DNA of 64,000 nt, from the NCBI RefSeq assembly GCF_024700885.2, contig NZ_CP117016.1. The stretch is one strand, 5' to 3'. Below, in pieces: positions 43,576 to 57,960 of the stretch (positions within the stretch are counted from its first letter, which is position 1; every line of letters starts with the position of its first letter). The notes beneath the pieces were generated by a model. The model made no database searches, was not told the DNA's origin, and saw nothing but the letters and a program-made list of their open reading frames with translations. The position numbers and the translations under genes are program-made. The DNA is from Escherichia coli (GTDB lineage: Bacteria; Pseudomonadota; Gammaproteobacteria; Enterobacterales; Enterobacteriaceae).

Positions 43576-44856
43576 ATGATGCCTACGCTTGCTCCACCAT
43601 CTGTCCTTTCGGCTCCCCAGCGCCGCTGCCAGATCTTGCTGACACTCTTTCAGCCGGGGTTGACCGCCACCACGGCAACTTTCAGCGAGCTTAATGGTGT
43701 GGATGATGATATTGCCAGTCTTGATATCAGCGAAACAGGACGTGAGATCCTGCGCTATCATCAACTCACACTGACTACTGGTTATGACGGTAGCTACCGG
43801 GTTGAAGGTACAGTGCTTAACCAACGTTTGTGTTTATTTCACTGGCTACGACGTGGTTTCCGTCTGTGTCCGTCATTTATTACCAGCCATTTCACCCCCG
43901 CCCTGAAGAGTGAACTGAAGCGGCGCGGAATTGCGCGTAACTTTTACGACGATACCAATCTACAAGCGTTAGTGAATCTCTGCTCCCGACGGCTGCAAAA
44001 ACGCTTTGAAACGCGCGATATTCATTTCCTGTGTCTGTATCTGCAATATTGTTTGCTGCAACACCACGCTGGAATTACGCCTCAGTTTAATCCGCTCCAA
44101 CGTCGCTGGGCGGAATCCTGCCTTGAATTTCAGGTAGCGCAGGAAATTGGACGCCACTGGCAGCGTCGGGCGCTCCAGCCTGTACCGCCTGATGAGCCAC
44201 TGTTTATGGCATTACTTTTTTCCATGTTGCGGGTTCCCGATCCACTGCGGGATGCGCATCAGCGGGACAGACAACTGCGTCAGTCTATCAAACGTCTGGT
44301 AAACCATTTTCGTGAGCTGGGAAATGTTCGTTTTTATGATGAACAGGGGTTATGCGATCAGCTTTATACCCACCTCGCCCAGGCGTTAAATCGCAGTTTG
44401 TTTGCCATCGGTATTGATAACACCCTGCCGGAAGAGTTCGCCCGCCTGTATCCACGCCTGGTGCGCACCACCCGCGCGGCGCTGGCCGGATTTGAAAGTG
44501 AATACGGCGTCCATCTTTCTGATGAGGAAAGCGGTCTGGTCGCGGTGATTTTCGGTGCCTGGCTAATGCAGGAAAACGACCTGCATGAGAAACAGATTAT
44601 TCTACTGACCGGGAATGATAGCGAGCGAGAAGCGCAGATTGAGCAGCAGCTACGCGAACTAACGTTACTGCCGCTCAACATTAAACATATGTCGGTAAAG
44701 GTATTTTTGCAGACAGGCGCTCCGCGTGGCGCGGCACTGATTATTGCTCCTTATACCATGCCGTTACCGCTCTTTTCACCACCGCTGATCTATACGGACC
44801 TGACACTGACAACACATCAACAGGAGCAGATCCGCAAAATGCTCGAATCAGCATGA
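43576..44856 (+). CDS. csiE: Stationary-phase inducible protein CsiE
   Basis: Start set to MMPTLAPPSV; PRD-like domains. Confidence 0.88.
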   Translation: MMPTLAPPSVLSAPQRRCQILLTLFQPGLTATTATFSELNGVDDDIASLDISETGREILRYHQLTLTTGYDGSYRVEGTVLNQRLCLFHWLRRGFRLCPSFITSHFTPALKSELKRRGIARNFYDDTNLQALVNLCSRRLQKRFETRDIHFLCLYLQYCLLQHHAGITPQFNPLQRRWAESCLEFQVAQEIGRHWQRRALQPVPPDEPLFMALLFSMLRVPDPLRDAHQRDRQLRQSIKRLVNHFRELGNVRFYDEQGLCDQLYTHLAQALNRSLFAIGIDNTLPEEFARLYPRLVRTTRAALAGFESEYGVHLSDEESGLVAVIFGAWLMQENDLHEKQIILLTGNDSEREAQIEQQLRELTLLPLNIKHMSVKVFLQTGAPRGAALIIAPYTMPLPLFSPPLIYTDLTLTTHQQEQIRKMLESA

Positions 44857-45987
44857 GGGAACAACTTTCGGGCGCAAAAACATTGCCGGAAGCGCCACCA
44901 GCGCCATCACCCAGAACACGCCGTGGCCCAGATATTGATACAGGAAACCGGCGAAAACGGTCATGATCGCAATACTGCCGCCCATCGCGACGGCAGAGTA
45001 AACCGCCTGTAAACGGATGACTTCGCTACCCTGGCGAGCGGCAATATAGCGCATGGCGGCCAGGTGGCAGACCGTGAAGGTGCCGCAATGCAGAATTTGC
45101 ACCACTATCAACCACGGCAACGCCGTAGTTGCTCCCATAATGCCCCAGCGCACTACGCCGCAAATCGCCGAGATCAACAGCATATCGCGTGCACTACAAC
45201 GGCGGAAAAGTTTATTACTCAGCGCAAAGATAATGACTTCCGCCACCACGCCCAGCGACCACAAATAGCCCACCGCCGAGGCCGAGTAGCCAGCAGCCTG
45301 CCAGTAAATGGCGCTAAAACCGTAATAGGCCGCATGCGCCCCCTGCAATAAACAAACGCAGGCCAGAAAGCGCCAGTTCTGGCGAACCAGCGCCAACCAC
45401 GCAGACCAACCGGTGCTCTCCTGCTGGCGGCTTGCCCCTTGTGGCTGAATCGTCGGACGGATGAGAAAGCCGAGCAGCATGGATGCCACGCCCAACGTCA
45501 ACAGCGCGAGGATCACCCGATAATCAAACATAGTGACCAGTTTACCCGTCAACGCCGAGCCAATGACAAACGCCACCGAGCCCCACAATCGCACTTTGCC
45601 GTAATCAAGCGGGAACTGCTTTTGCCACGTATTCGCCAGTGCATCGGTCAACGGTACCAGCGGTGAGAAAAAGAGGTTAAAGCCAATCATCACCAGCATC
45701 AGCCACGCTACGTGCGCCCCCGCCCAGAAGGCGACAGCAAAGAGAAGTGTCAGCAGTGCCAGCACGCGCAAGGCGGAAATCAGGCGAGAAGGATCGCTGA
45801 CGCGGGGCGCGATGAGCAAACTCCCGAGAAAACGGGCAACCAGACCTGCCCCCAATAACAGGCCGATGGTTTCTGGCGTTAAACCAATCCCTTTAAGCCA
45901 GACGCTCCAGAAAGGTAGAAAAATGCCGTAACTAAAAAAGTATGTGAAATAGCCGAGCGCCAACCAGCGCGTGGATTGCAAAACCAT
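44848..45987 (-). CDS. hcaT: MFS transporter HcaT
   Basis: 379 aa multi-TM protein. Confidence 0.9.
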   Translation of the reverse strand: MVLQSTRWLALGYFTYFFSYGIFLPFWSVWLKGIGLTPETIGLLLGAGLVARFLGSLLIAPRVSDPSRLISALRVLALLTLLFAVAFWAGAHVAWLMLVMIGFNLFFSPLVPLTDALANTWQKQFPLDYGKVRLWGSVAFVIGSALTGKLVTMFDYRVILALLTLGVASMLLGFLIRPTIQPQGASRQQESTGWSAWLALVRQNWRFLACVCLLQGAHAAYYGFSAIYWQAAGYSASAVGYLWSLGVVAEVIIFALSNKLFRRCSARDMLLISAICGVVRWGIMGATTALPWLIVVQILHCGTFTVCHLAAMRYIAARQGSEVIRLQAVYSAVAMGGSIAIMTVFAGFLYQYLGHGVFWVMALVALPAMFLRPKVVPSC

Positions 45988-46146
45988 GAGTCCCTCCCGT
46001 CAGGAGGCGTTAGTCTGGAGTTAATCGAATGTTGGTGCAAGTTGAAAAATAAGAATATTCGAGCCTGCTTCCCGATGTCTGTAACGCCAGTTCACAAGCA
46101 CTCAAAAACTGCGATCCGTGACGCATGTTGCAAAGATAATGCGTAA

Positions 46147-47037
46147 TTATGCCGTTACGCTTGCCAAACGTTCCTGCACAATGGCGATGAAATCGCGTAA
46201 TGCCGGCTTCATCTCCCCTTTCTTCCACGCCATCAGTAAAGCAATGGAAGGCACATTTCCGGCAATGGGTCGAAATACCACCTGGCCGGTATTAAAATTA
46301 TTCATATAACCGGGTATCAAAGTGACGCCCAGCCCCATCCCCACCAGATTCATGGTCACCAGAATATTCGTTGCCACCTGGACGATATTTGGCTGGCTGT
46401 TTTCTTGCGCAAACCACGCTTTAACGATCGGCGCAAGCGAACCGGAATACGCCGGATCGGTACTGACGAAATTCACGCCATCCAGTTGCGCGGCGGTGAT
46501 CTCTTTTTCATGTGCTAAAGGGTGATCAACCGGTAACACCACCACTAATGGTTCGTCAAAAAGCTCCAGATAATCAATCTCCGGGCTATAAACAGGATGG
46601 CGCATTAAGCCGACGTCGAGTTCACCACGGCGAATTTTTTCTTCCTGTTCCGTGGTGATTAAACTCACCAGCTCAATTAAGGTGTCTGGCTGTCTGAGAC
46701 GAAACATCGGTAATACTTTTGGCAGTAAATTCACTTCCGCCGATGGCACAAAGCCAATGGTTAATTGTCTGTCTTCCTGAACAATTTTCCGCGCCCGTAA
46801 TTTGGCATTTTCCGCTTGTTCGAGGATTGCCAGCGCGTCCTGGAGAAAACATTCTCCCGCCGCCGTCAACGCGACTTTGCGCTTATCCCTCACCAGCAAC
46901 GGAACACCGACACAGTTTTCAAGATCGCGGATCTGGCTGCTTAACGAAGGCTGTGAGGTATGCAGTTTTTCCGCCGCACGGGTAAAGTTCAGTGCCTGCG
47001 CCACTGCGACGAAATAGCGTAAATGTCGTAGTTCCAT
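46147..47037 (-). CDS. hcaR: LysR-type regulator HcaR
   Basis: Start set to MELRHLRYFVAV (296 aa); divergent from hcaE. Confidence 0.9.
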   Translation of the reverse strand: MELRHLRYFVAVAQALNFTRAAEKLHTSQPSLSSQIRDLENCVGVPLLVRDKRKVALTAAGECFLQDALAILEQAENAKLRARKIVQEDRQLTIGFVPSAEVNLLPKVLPMFRLRQPDTLIELVSLITTEQEEKIRRGELDVGLMRHPVYSPEIDYLELFDEPLVVVLPVDHPLAHEKEITAAQLDGVNFVSTDPAYSGSLAPIVKAWFAQENSQPNIVQVATNILVTMNLVGMGLGVTLIPGYMNNFNTGQVVFRPIAGNVPSIALLMAWKKGEMKPALRDFIAIVQERLASVTA

Positions 47038-47136
47038 CACCTTCCCCTTGTTATCGAAAAAACGTCTCAGCTGGTAGAAATTAACTATTTCACATATTAG
47101 CAACCAACCAGCAACATCCTTATGGCACAAAAATAG

Positions 47137-49048
<1,912 letters not shown>

Positions 49049-49049
<1 letters not shown>

Positions 49050-49369
49050 TGAATCGAATTTATGCGTGTCCCGTTGCGGATGTGCCGGAGGGTGAGGCTC
49101 TCCGGATCGATACCTCGCCCGTCATCGCCCTGTTCAACGTAGGCGGCGAGTTTTATGCCATTAACGATCGTTGCAGCCATGGTAATGCGTCGATGTCAGA
49201 AGGGTATCTGGAAGATGACGCCACGGTGGAGTGCCCGCTGCACGCCGCCAGTTTTTGCCTGAAAACGGGGAAAGCGTTATGCCTGCCCGCCACCGATCCG
49301 CTCACCACTTATCCAGTACACGTTGAAGGTGGTGACATCTTCATCGACTTACCGGAGGCGCAGCCATGA
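49049..49369 (+). CDS. hcaC: Dioxygenase ferredoxin (Rieske) subunit
   Basis: 106 aa; CSHG...CPLH. Confidence 0.93.
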
Positions 49370-50178
49370 GCGATCTGCATAACGAGTCCATCTTTATTAC
49401 CGGCGGCGGATCGGGGTTAGGCCTGGCGCTGGTCGAGCGATTTATCGAAGAAGGCGCGCAGGTTGCCACGCTGGAACTGTCGGCGGCAAAAGTCGCCAGT
49501 CTGCGTCAGCGATTTGGCGAACATATTCTGGCGGTGGAAGGCAACGTGACCTGTTATGCCGATTATCAACGCGCGATCGATCAGATCCTGACTCGTTCCG
49601 GCAAGCTGGATTGTTTTATCGGCAATGCGGGCATCTGGGATCACAATGCCTCACTGGTTAATACTCCCGCAGAGACGCTCGAAACCGGCTTCCACGAGCT
49701 GTTTAATGTCAACGTACTCGGTTACCTGCTGGGCGCAAAAGCCTGCGCTCCGGCGTTAATCGCCAGTGAAGGCAGCATGATTTTCACACTGTCAAACGCC
49801 GCCTGGTATCCCGGCGGCGGTGGCCCGCTGTACACCGCCAGTAAACATGCCGCAACCGGACTTATTCGCCAACTGGCTTATGAACTGGCACCGAAAGTGC
49901 GGGTGAATGGCGTCGGCCCGTGTGGTATGGCTAGCGACCTGCGCGGCCCACAGGCGCTCGGGCAAAGTGAAACCTCGATAATGCAGTCTCTGACGCCGGA
50001 GAAAATTGCCGCCATATTACCGCTGCAATTTTTCCCGCAACCGGCGGATTTTACGGGTCCGTATGTGATGTTGGCATCGCGGCGCAATAATCGCGCATTA
50101 AGCGGTGTGATGATCAACGCTGATGCGGGTTTAGCGATTCGCGGCATTCGCCACGTAGCGGCTGGGCTGGATCTTTAA
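49366..50178 (+). CDS. hcaB: cis-dihydrodiol dehydrogenase (SDR)
   Basis: 270 aa; [11 protein letters not shown]-binding motif. Confidence 0.93.
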   Translation: MSDLHNESIFITGGGSGLGLALVERFIEEGAQVATLELSAAKVASLRQRFGEHILAVEGNVTCYADYQRAIDQILTRSGKLDCFIGNAGIWDHNASLVNTPAETLETGFHELFNVNVLGYLLGAKACAPALIASEGSMIFTLSNAAWYPGGGGPLYTASKHAATGLIRQLAYELAPKVRVNGVGPCGMASDLRGPQALGQSETSIMQSLTPEKIAAILPLQFFPQPADFTGPYVMLASRRNNRALSGVMINADAGLAIRGIRHVAAGLDL

Positions 50179-51390
<1,212 letters not shown>

Positions 51391-51486
51391 CCAGGATAAT
51401 TAGCGAATATCTCAACGCCTGGGGCGTGGCGAGGTACCAGAGTGTGTATTACGTTTAAATCACATTATCTTGCAAAGGGATTGGTT

Positions 51487-51909
51487 ATGAACTCACTACG
51501 TTATTTTGATTTTGGTGCTGCACGCCCCGTTTTGTTATTAATTGCCCGTATCGCCGTGGTCTTAATTTTCATTATTTTTGGTTTTCCCAAAATGATGGGT
51601 TTTGACGGTACGGTCCAATATATGGCCTCGCTGGGCGCGCCAATGCCGATGCTGGCAGCGATTATTGCGGTAGTTATGGAAGTGCCCGCCGCGATATTAA
51701 TCGTGCTTGGCTTTTTCACCCGTCCGCTGGCGGTGCTGTTTATTTTCTACACGCTGGGTACGGCGGTAATTGGTCACCATTACTGGGATATGACCGGCGA
51801 TGCGGTTGGGCCATATATGATTAATTTCTGGAAGAATGTCAGTATCGCTGGCGCATTCCTGCTGTTGGCAATTACCGGGCCGGGGGCAATTTCTCTCGAT
51901 CGGCGTTAG
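51487..51909 (+). CDS. yphA: DoxX-family inner membrane protein YphA
   Basis: Start set to [14 protein letters not shown] (140 aa). Confidence 0.85.
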   Translation: MNSLRYFDFGAARPVLLLIARIAVVLIFIIFGFPKMMGFDGTVQYMASLGAPMPMLAAIIAVVMEVPAAILIVLGFFTRPLAVLFIFYTLGTAVIGHHYWDMTGDAVGPYMINFWKNVSIAGAFLLLAITGPGAISLDRR

Positions 51910-51931
51910 GAAAGATGCCGGATGCGGCGTG

Positions 51932-52687
<756 letters not shown>

Positions 52688-52791
52688 ATCAGCATACTTG
52701 TCCTTAGCCTTCTGCAGTGACAGCTGGTAGTACAGCGTGCTTCTGGCCAGCCCTGCAGCCTTTAACAGGTCAGGCTGGCAGTGTCCGCACC

Positions 52792-53313
52792 TCAGGCTCC
52801 GGATGACTTTCGTTTTTTCTCCAGCTCCTGGCGCTTTTTTTCCAGGAGATGCTCCTGCATGGCTTTCAGATATGCATTTTCTGCGCGAAGATAACGCAGC
52901 TCATTCTTCATCTCTTCCGGCGTCATGTTTGCCTCGTTTTCATGGGTATCATCAGAACGGGTCATGCTTTTCTCCTTCCTGCGCCTGATAAAGGCCTCAT
53001 TACCAGATTTGCGGTAGCCTTTTATCCAGTTTTTAACCGTGTTGTGGCTGGGAATGTTAAACCGGGCAGCTACCCGGGGTAGAGACTCAGAATGCCCGAG
53101 AGCATAAAGAACCACGCAAAGTTTATCTTCAGGAGAATAGCTACGCTTGTGTCTGCAATCCAGTGCCCGAGGACCGTGAAGAAGAAAAAGATTAATCCAG
53201 TGTGAGAGGCTGGTGTGAGAAAGTTGAAAGAGTTTTGCCGTAGAAATGATGCCTGCATGACCAGCCAGGTAATGATTTACAGCGGCAAGTTTTACTTCAA
53301 ATGAATGTTTCAT
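52792..53313 (-). CDS. IS3-family transposase OrfA (HTH), InsJ-like
   Basis: 173 aa from MKHSFEVKLAAVNHYLAGHAG; leucine-zipper-like C-terminus. Confidence 0.9.
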   Translation of the reverse strand: MKHSFEVKLAAVNHYLAGHAGIISTAKLFQLSHTSLSHWINLFLLHGPRALDCRHKRSYSPEDKLCVVLYALGHSESLPRVAARFNIPSHNTVKNWIKGYRKSGNEAFIRRRKEKSMTRSDDTHENEANMTPEEMKNELRYLRAENAYLKAMQEHLLEKKRQELEKKRKSSGA

Positions 53314-53392
53314 AAACTGCACCTTCAGATGTCAGATTATGTCCAACATTTGGGGTGCAGTTCAGTGAACGCCTTATCCGGCATTTTATAAA

Positions 53393-54265
53393 TTACAGTA
53401 ACGCAACCCGCAACGACATCTCTGAAGTTGTTGATTCCCCTGGTGCAAGCGCAATGAGATCCCCCCCTTCCGGGCGATGATGGTCATCCGGCGCATGGCT
53501 CATCGGTTCCAGACAGAAGAAATCAAACGCATATCCTTTATCAAACGCCGGGTCGGAAACAAAGATGAAATAACATGGTGCAGGTGGCGTCGTTTCCATG
53601 ATGATGGCATAACCCTCCTGCGGCTGCTCGATGCGGGCCTGACCATTCCATCCGGCAAAGCCATTGTTCACCCACTGGTGCGGCAACGGCGCGAGCTGGT
53701 TGAAATCCAGCTCCTGCGGTAGCTGCTCGCAAAACTCACCCGCCAGCCACTGCTCCCGCTCCAGCCAATAACCGCTCGCCTGCGCCTGAATCCGCGTTTG
53801 TGGTGACAACGGAAAATAAGGATGCAAGCCGGTACCAAATGGCAGCGTCTCTGCCCCTTGATTGGTGACAGAGAGCGTCACCGTCAGCGTATCTGCCGTT
53901 AAATGAAACGCCTGACTTACCCGATAGTGATAAACACCGCTGCGATGTTCATACACCAGACACAAGCTATCTTCGCTGCGCGAGACACATTGCCACTGCC
54001 CCAGCCAGCCGTCGCCGTGCAGATAGTGCGCATCCCACTCAACATTCGGTTGCAGTTGATACTCACGCCCCTGCCAGACAAAACGATTGCCGCTCACCCG
54101 GTTTGCAAACGGCACCAGCGGAAAACAAGAGGCATCGGTTGCCACACCGCTTTTTTTACCGGGACGTAAGAGCGGCGTCGCGTCACGCCAGAAGCCCTCG
54201 ATGACGCCGCCCCGGTCAGAAACGTCCAGCTTTAGCGGCCCGTGAGATAAGGTATAGATGGTCAT
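53393..54265 (-). CDS. yphB: Aldose 1-epimerase family protein YphB
   Basis: 290 aa. Confidence 0.9.
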   Translation of the reverse strand: MTIYTLSHGPLKLDVSDRGGVIEGFWRDATPLLRPGKKSGVATDASCFPLVPFANRVSGNRFVWQGREYQLQPNVEWDAHYLHGDGWLGQWQCVSRSEDSLCLVYEHRSGVYHYRVSQAFHLTADTLTVTLSVTNQGAETLPFGTGLHPYFPLSPQTRIQAQASGYWLEREQWLAGEFCEQLPQELDFNQLAPLPHQWVNNGFAGWNGQARIEQPQEGYAIIMETTPPAPCYFIFVSDPAFDKGYAFDFFCLEPMSHAPDDHHRPEGGDLIALAPGESTTSEMSLRVALL

Positions 54266-54276
54266 CCGCTGACTCC

Positions 54277-55338
54277 TTAATCCGGGAAGTTAATCACAAC
54301 TTTCCCGCATTTACCGCTCGCCATCAGCGCATAGGCATCTCCTGCCTGTTCCAGTGAGAAGCGATGGGTAATGGCATTACGCGGCCACAGTTTCCAGTCC
54401 GTTAAATCGTGGGCGCATTTTTCCATATGGAATAGACTGGTCACCCAGGAGCCAATAATCCGCCGTTGATGATGCATCAGATCAGCGCTAACCTCGAACT
54501 CCACTTTTCCGGTTTCCCCGATGTAAACCACCCGTCCCCAGTCATCAGTGGATTGCAACGCCAGTAAGCGACCTGCGGCATTACCGGAACAATCGAGCGC
54601 AACATCCGCGCCACCGTGGGTGAGTTCGGCGATAATCTGCGGCAGACCTTCGGTGGTTGCTAAATAGCCGTGATCCATCACCCCTAACTGTTTCGCCATC
54701 GCCAGACGTTCCGGCAGCATATCAACGCCGATGATCCTTTTTGCACCGCGACCTTTCGCCAGCATCATCGCCATCATGCCGACCGGCCCCAGACCGACCA
54801 CCAGCACGTTATCACTGCCGGAAACTTCGCCGCGCAAAATCCCTTCATACGCTGTACCAACGCCGCAACTGATAAACGCACCATCTTCATAGCTCAGCGC
54901 GTCCGGGAGCAGGATCAGATCTTTTTCTTCCGCCAGCAGGTATTCAGCATGGCCGCCGTCACGCTGCCAGCCGTAAGCCGCTTTTCCTTCGCCAGTACAA
55001 GAGATAGGAAAACCACGACGGCAGTTCGGGCAAAAACCACAGCCAGAAATATGATACACCAGCACGCGGTCGCCCTCTTTAAAATGGCGGCAGCCTTGCC
55101 CCATCGCCACAATTTGCCCGCACGGTTCATGACCGTTGATAAATCCCTGGTATAACGGTTTATCGGGTGCCGCCGCCGTAGCGCGGTGCTGGTGGTAGAT
55201 ATAGTGGACATCGCTTCCGCAAATTCCGGAGGATTTCATTTTGATCAGTACCTGGTTAATACCCGGCGTCGGCACCGCAACTTCCCGCAGATCGACGGTC
55301 GAATTTCCTGGTAAATAAGCTGCCAGCATCGTTTTCAT
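54277..55338 (-). CDS. yphC: Zn-dependent alcohol dehydrogenase family protein YphC
   Basis: Start set to MKTMLAAYLPGN (353 aa); GHE...CG zinc motifs. Confidence 0.88.
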   Translation of the reverse strand: MKTMLAAYLPGNSTVDLREVAVPTPGINQVLIKMKSSGICGSDVHYIYHQHRATAAAPDKPLYQGFINGHEPCGQIVAMGQGCRHFKEGDRVLVYHISGCGFCPNCRRGFPISCTGEGKAAYGWQRDGGHAEYLLAEEKDLILLPDALSYEDGAFISCGVGTAYEGILRGEVSGSDNVLVVGLGPVGMMAMMLAKGRGAKRIIGVDMLPERLAMAKQLGVMDHGYLATTEGLPQIIAELTHGGADVALDCSGNAAGRLLALQSTDDWGRVVYIGETGKVEFEVSADLMHHQRRIIGSWVTSLFHMEKCAHDLTDWKLWPRNAITHRFSLEQAGDAYALMASGKCGKVVINFPD

Positions 55339-55403
55339 AAATCCCTCATTAACAATACGATTAATTTTCATCCCTGCCGCACCCGCGCCAGGGGCGTTAA
55401 GGT

Positions 55404-56402
55404 TTAGCGTTTCGCTTTACTGCTACGCTGGGTCAGCAAGATATTCGCCAGCACCGCCACCACGATGATGACGCCGCGCACCACCTGCTGGAAAAAGGAG
55501 TTAATCCCTAGCAGCACCAGACCGTTACCGATTAGCGTAATCACCAACACACCAAGCAATGTACCAAACAGGGAACCGCGACCGCCGGAAAGTGCCGTAC
55601 CACCGACCACGACCGCGGCGATGACGTCAAACTCCAGACCGTTTGCGGCACCTGCGTTACCGGAACCGAGGCGCGCCGCCAACAAAATGCCGGTCACCGC
55701 CGCTAATAATCCCGAAAGGGTAAAGATAAGAATGCGCACCCGACGAACGTTAATACCGCACAACTGTGCTGCAGTGGCATTACCGCCAACAGCAAAAACC
55801 GAGCGCCCGAAGGCGGTTTTGCGGCTGATGAACACAAACAGCGCAAACAACACCATCATGATCAGCGCGGATACCGGCACACCGAGAAATTGTCCCCCCA
55901 GCCAGTCCAGCACTTCGTTTTCGTCAATCGGCACTGGCAAGGCGTTCGTCATAAACAGCCCCATTCCGCGCAGGGCGCTCCATAAACCCAGCGTGGCAAC
56001 AAAACTTGGCACGTTAAACACGCCGCGCAGCACCCCGGCGAGCGTTCCCATCAGCGCGCCTAACAGCAACACCAGCAGACAAGCTATCGCCAGCGGAACT
56101 TCAAATTGCAGCAAAAATGCCAGGCACACCGAGACAAAAGCCACCATCGGCCCAACGCTGACATCAATTTCTCCGGAGATAATAATCAGCGTCATCGCCC
56201 AGGCGGCAATCCCAATGGTGGCGGCATCGCGCAGCACGTTCATCTGGTTATTCAATGAGATAAAACCCGGCGCGTTCAGAGAGAAGACCAGATAAAGAAT
56301 GGCGATCACCACCAGCAAACCGATCTCATTAATATGGCGACTGACAAATTGTTTGAGCGAGACGCTCTTGCCCTGCGGCAATGGTAATGACGAAGCAGAC
56401 AT
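55404..56402 (-). CDS. yphD: ABC transporter permease YphD
   Basis: 332 aa multi-TM. Confidence 0.9.
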   Translation of the reverse strand: MSASSLPLPQGKSVSLKQFVSRHINEIGLLVVIAILYLVFSLNAPGFISLNNQMNVLRDAATIGIAAWAMTLIIISGEIDVSVGPMVAFVSVCLAFLLQFEVPLAIACLLVLLLGALMGTLAGVLRGVFNVPSFVATLGLWSALRGMGLFMTNALPVPIDENEVLDWLGGQFLGVPVSALIMMVLFALFVFISRKTAFGRSVFAVGGNATAAQLCGINVRRVRILIFTLSGLLAAVTGILLAARLGSGNAGAANGLEFDVIAAVVVGGTALSGGRGSLFGTLLGVLVITLIGNGLVLLGINSFFQQVVRGVIIVVAVLANILLTQRSSKAKR

Positions 56403-56426
56403 CTTCAGGTTCCTCGGTAAAATTCA

Positions 56427-57938
56427 TCAGTGCACAGACAGAATGGCGGACATCAGCTCATCCACATTGACCGGCGAGTGAAACTCCTGCGAGAACGTAC
56501 CGTGCTGTAATAACAGGATGCGGTCACACACCAGCGGCAACTCCTCCACTTCACTGGAGATAAACACCACGCTTTTTCCTTCGGCAGCCAGCTCGCGGAC
56601 AATACGGTAAATCTGCTGTTTGGCTTCGATATCGACGCCACGCGTTGGCTCGTCGAGCAACAAAATCTGGCTGGCGGCATAGACCCAACGACCGATCACC
56701 ACTTTTTGCTGATTGCCGCCAGAAAGCGTGCCGATGGGCGTTTCGCTACTGGCAGCCTTGACCGTCATCCGCTGCATCACCTCTTCGGTCAGGCGGCGGA
56801 TGGTGGACCATTGCAGCACACCGTTGGCGCTGATTTTTTGCCGATTGGTCAGCACTGTATTTTCGTCAACGCCCAGCCAGGGAATGATCCCCGCTTCTTT
56901 GCGGTTTTCTGGCGTATAGCCAATGCCGCGTTTCAGCATGTCGCCGTAATCGGGGCGCGTGATTTTCTCGCCGTTGATAACAATTTCGCCCTGTTCATAC
57001 GTCTCCAGCCCAACTATGGCTTTCAACAATTCACTGCGCCCTGCCCCCAGCAGGCCAGCAATGCCGAGTACTTCGCCACGACGGAGCGTAAAGCTGATAT
57101 CCTCCAGCTTGGGCTTATGGCGTAACGCACGGACTTCCAGCACGGCCTGATCGACAATTTCCTGAGGGGAAACCGGCGCAATATCAACGTGATCGCGCCC
57201 GAGCATTAGCGACACAATATGATGCGTGGAGGTGTTTTCGAGCATCACATCGCCCGCCACCTGACCATCGCGCATAACGGTGGCACAGGAGGCAATGCGG
57301 CGAATTTCTTCCATCCGGTGGCTGACATAAATCACCGCCACGCCCAGTGCCGACATCTTTTTAACCGCGCTGATCACCAGTTCAACTTCCGCACTGGCAA
57401 GCGAACTGGTAGGTTCATCAAGAATGACCACGCGCGGCTCGCCTTTCATCACCCGCGCAATTTCCACCAGCTGCTTTTGCGCCGGGCTTAGTGTTGAAAC
57501 AAGTTGTTCAGGACTAACGTCAACGCCCAGCGCCAGTAAGCAACGTTGGGCATCCTGCGCCATTTGCGGGTAATCAATCATGCCGTTGCGGCGGGGCCAC
57601 TGACCGAGGCAGAGGTTTTCCGCCACAGTCAGTCCCTCCACCAGACTTAACTCCTGATAAACCGCACGAACCCCCAGTTCAGCGGCACGGCGAGTCAACG
57701 TAGCTTCGTCACCTTCCAGTCGCGTCTCGCCAATCCAGATATCACCGCTATCCGGACGTTCACTGCCGGTAAGCATTCGAATGAGGGTCGATTTGCCCGC
57801 GCCGTTTTTGCCTAACAGCGCACGAACTTCGCCTTTATTGAGCGTGAAGTTAACGTTATCCAACGCAACGACGCCGGGATAACGCTTATTTCCTGCCACC
57901 ACTTTTGCTACCGGGACTGCCTCTGTTGCCGTGAACAT
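56427..57938 (-). CDS. yphE: ABC transporter ATP-binding protein YphE (two ATPase domains)
   Basis: 503 aa; Walker A GKNGAGKST and LSGGNQQK signature. Confidence 0.92.
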   Translation of the reverse strand: MFTATEAVPVAKVVAGNKRYPGVVALDNVNFTLNKGEVRALLGKNGAGKSTLIRMLTGSERPDSGDIWIGETRLEGDEATLTRRAAELGVRAVYQELSLVEGLTVAENLCLGQWPRRNGMIDYPQMAQDAQRCLLALGVDVSPEQLVSTLSPAQKQLVEIARVMKGEPRVVILDEPTSSLASAEVELVISAVKKMSALGVAVIYVSHRMEEIRRIASCATVMRDGQVAGDVMLENTSTHHIVSLMLGRDHVDIAPVSPQEIVDQAVLEVRALRHKPKLEDISFTLRRGEVLGIAGLLGAGRSELLKAIVGLETYEQGEIVINGEKITRPDYGDMLKRGIGYTPENRKEAGIIPWLGVDENTVLTNRQKISANGVLQWSTIRRLTEEVMQRMTVKAASSETPIGTLSGGNQQKVVIGRWVYAASQILLLDEPTRGVDIEAKQQIYRIVRELAAEGKSVVFISSEVEELPLVCDRILLLQHGTFSQEFHSPVNVDELMSAILSVH

Positions 57939-57960
57939 AGGGACCTCTGCGAATCAGCGA

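Noticed and set aside
46010-46228. 72-aa reverse-strand ORF between hcaT and hcaR
   Set aside because: No SD and it overlaps the hcaR 3' end; likely intergenic noise.
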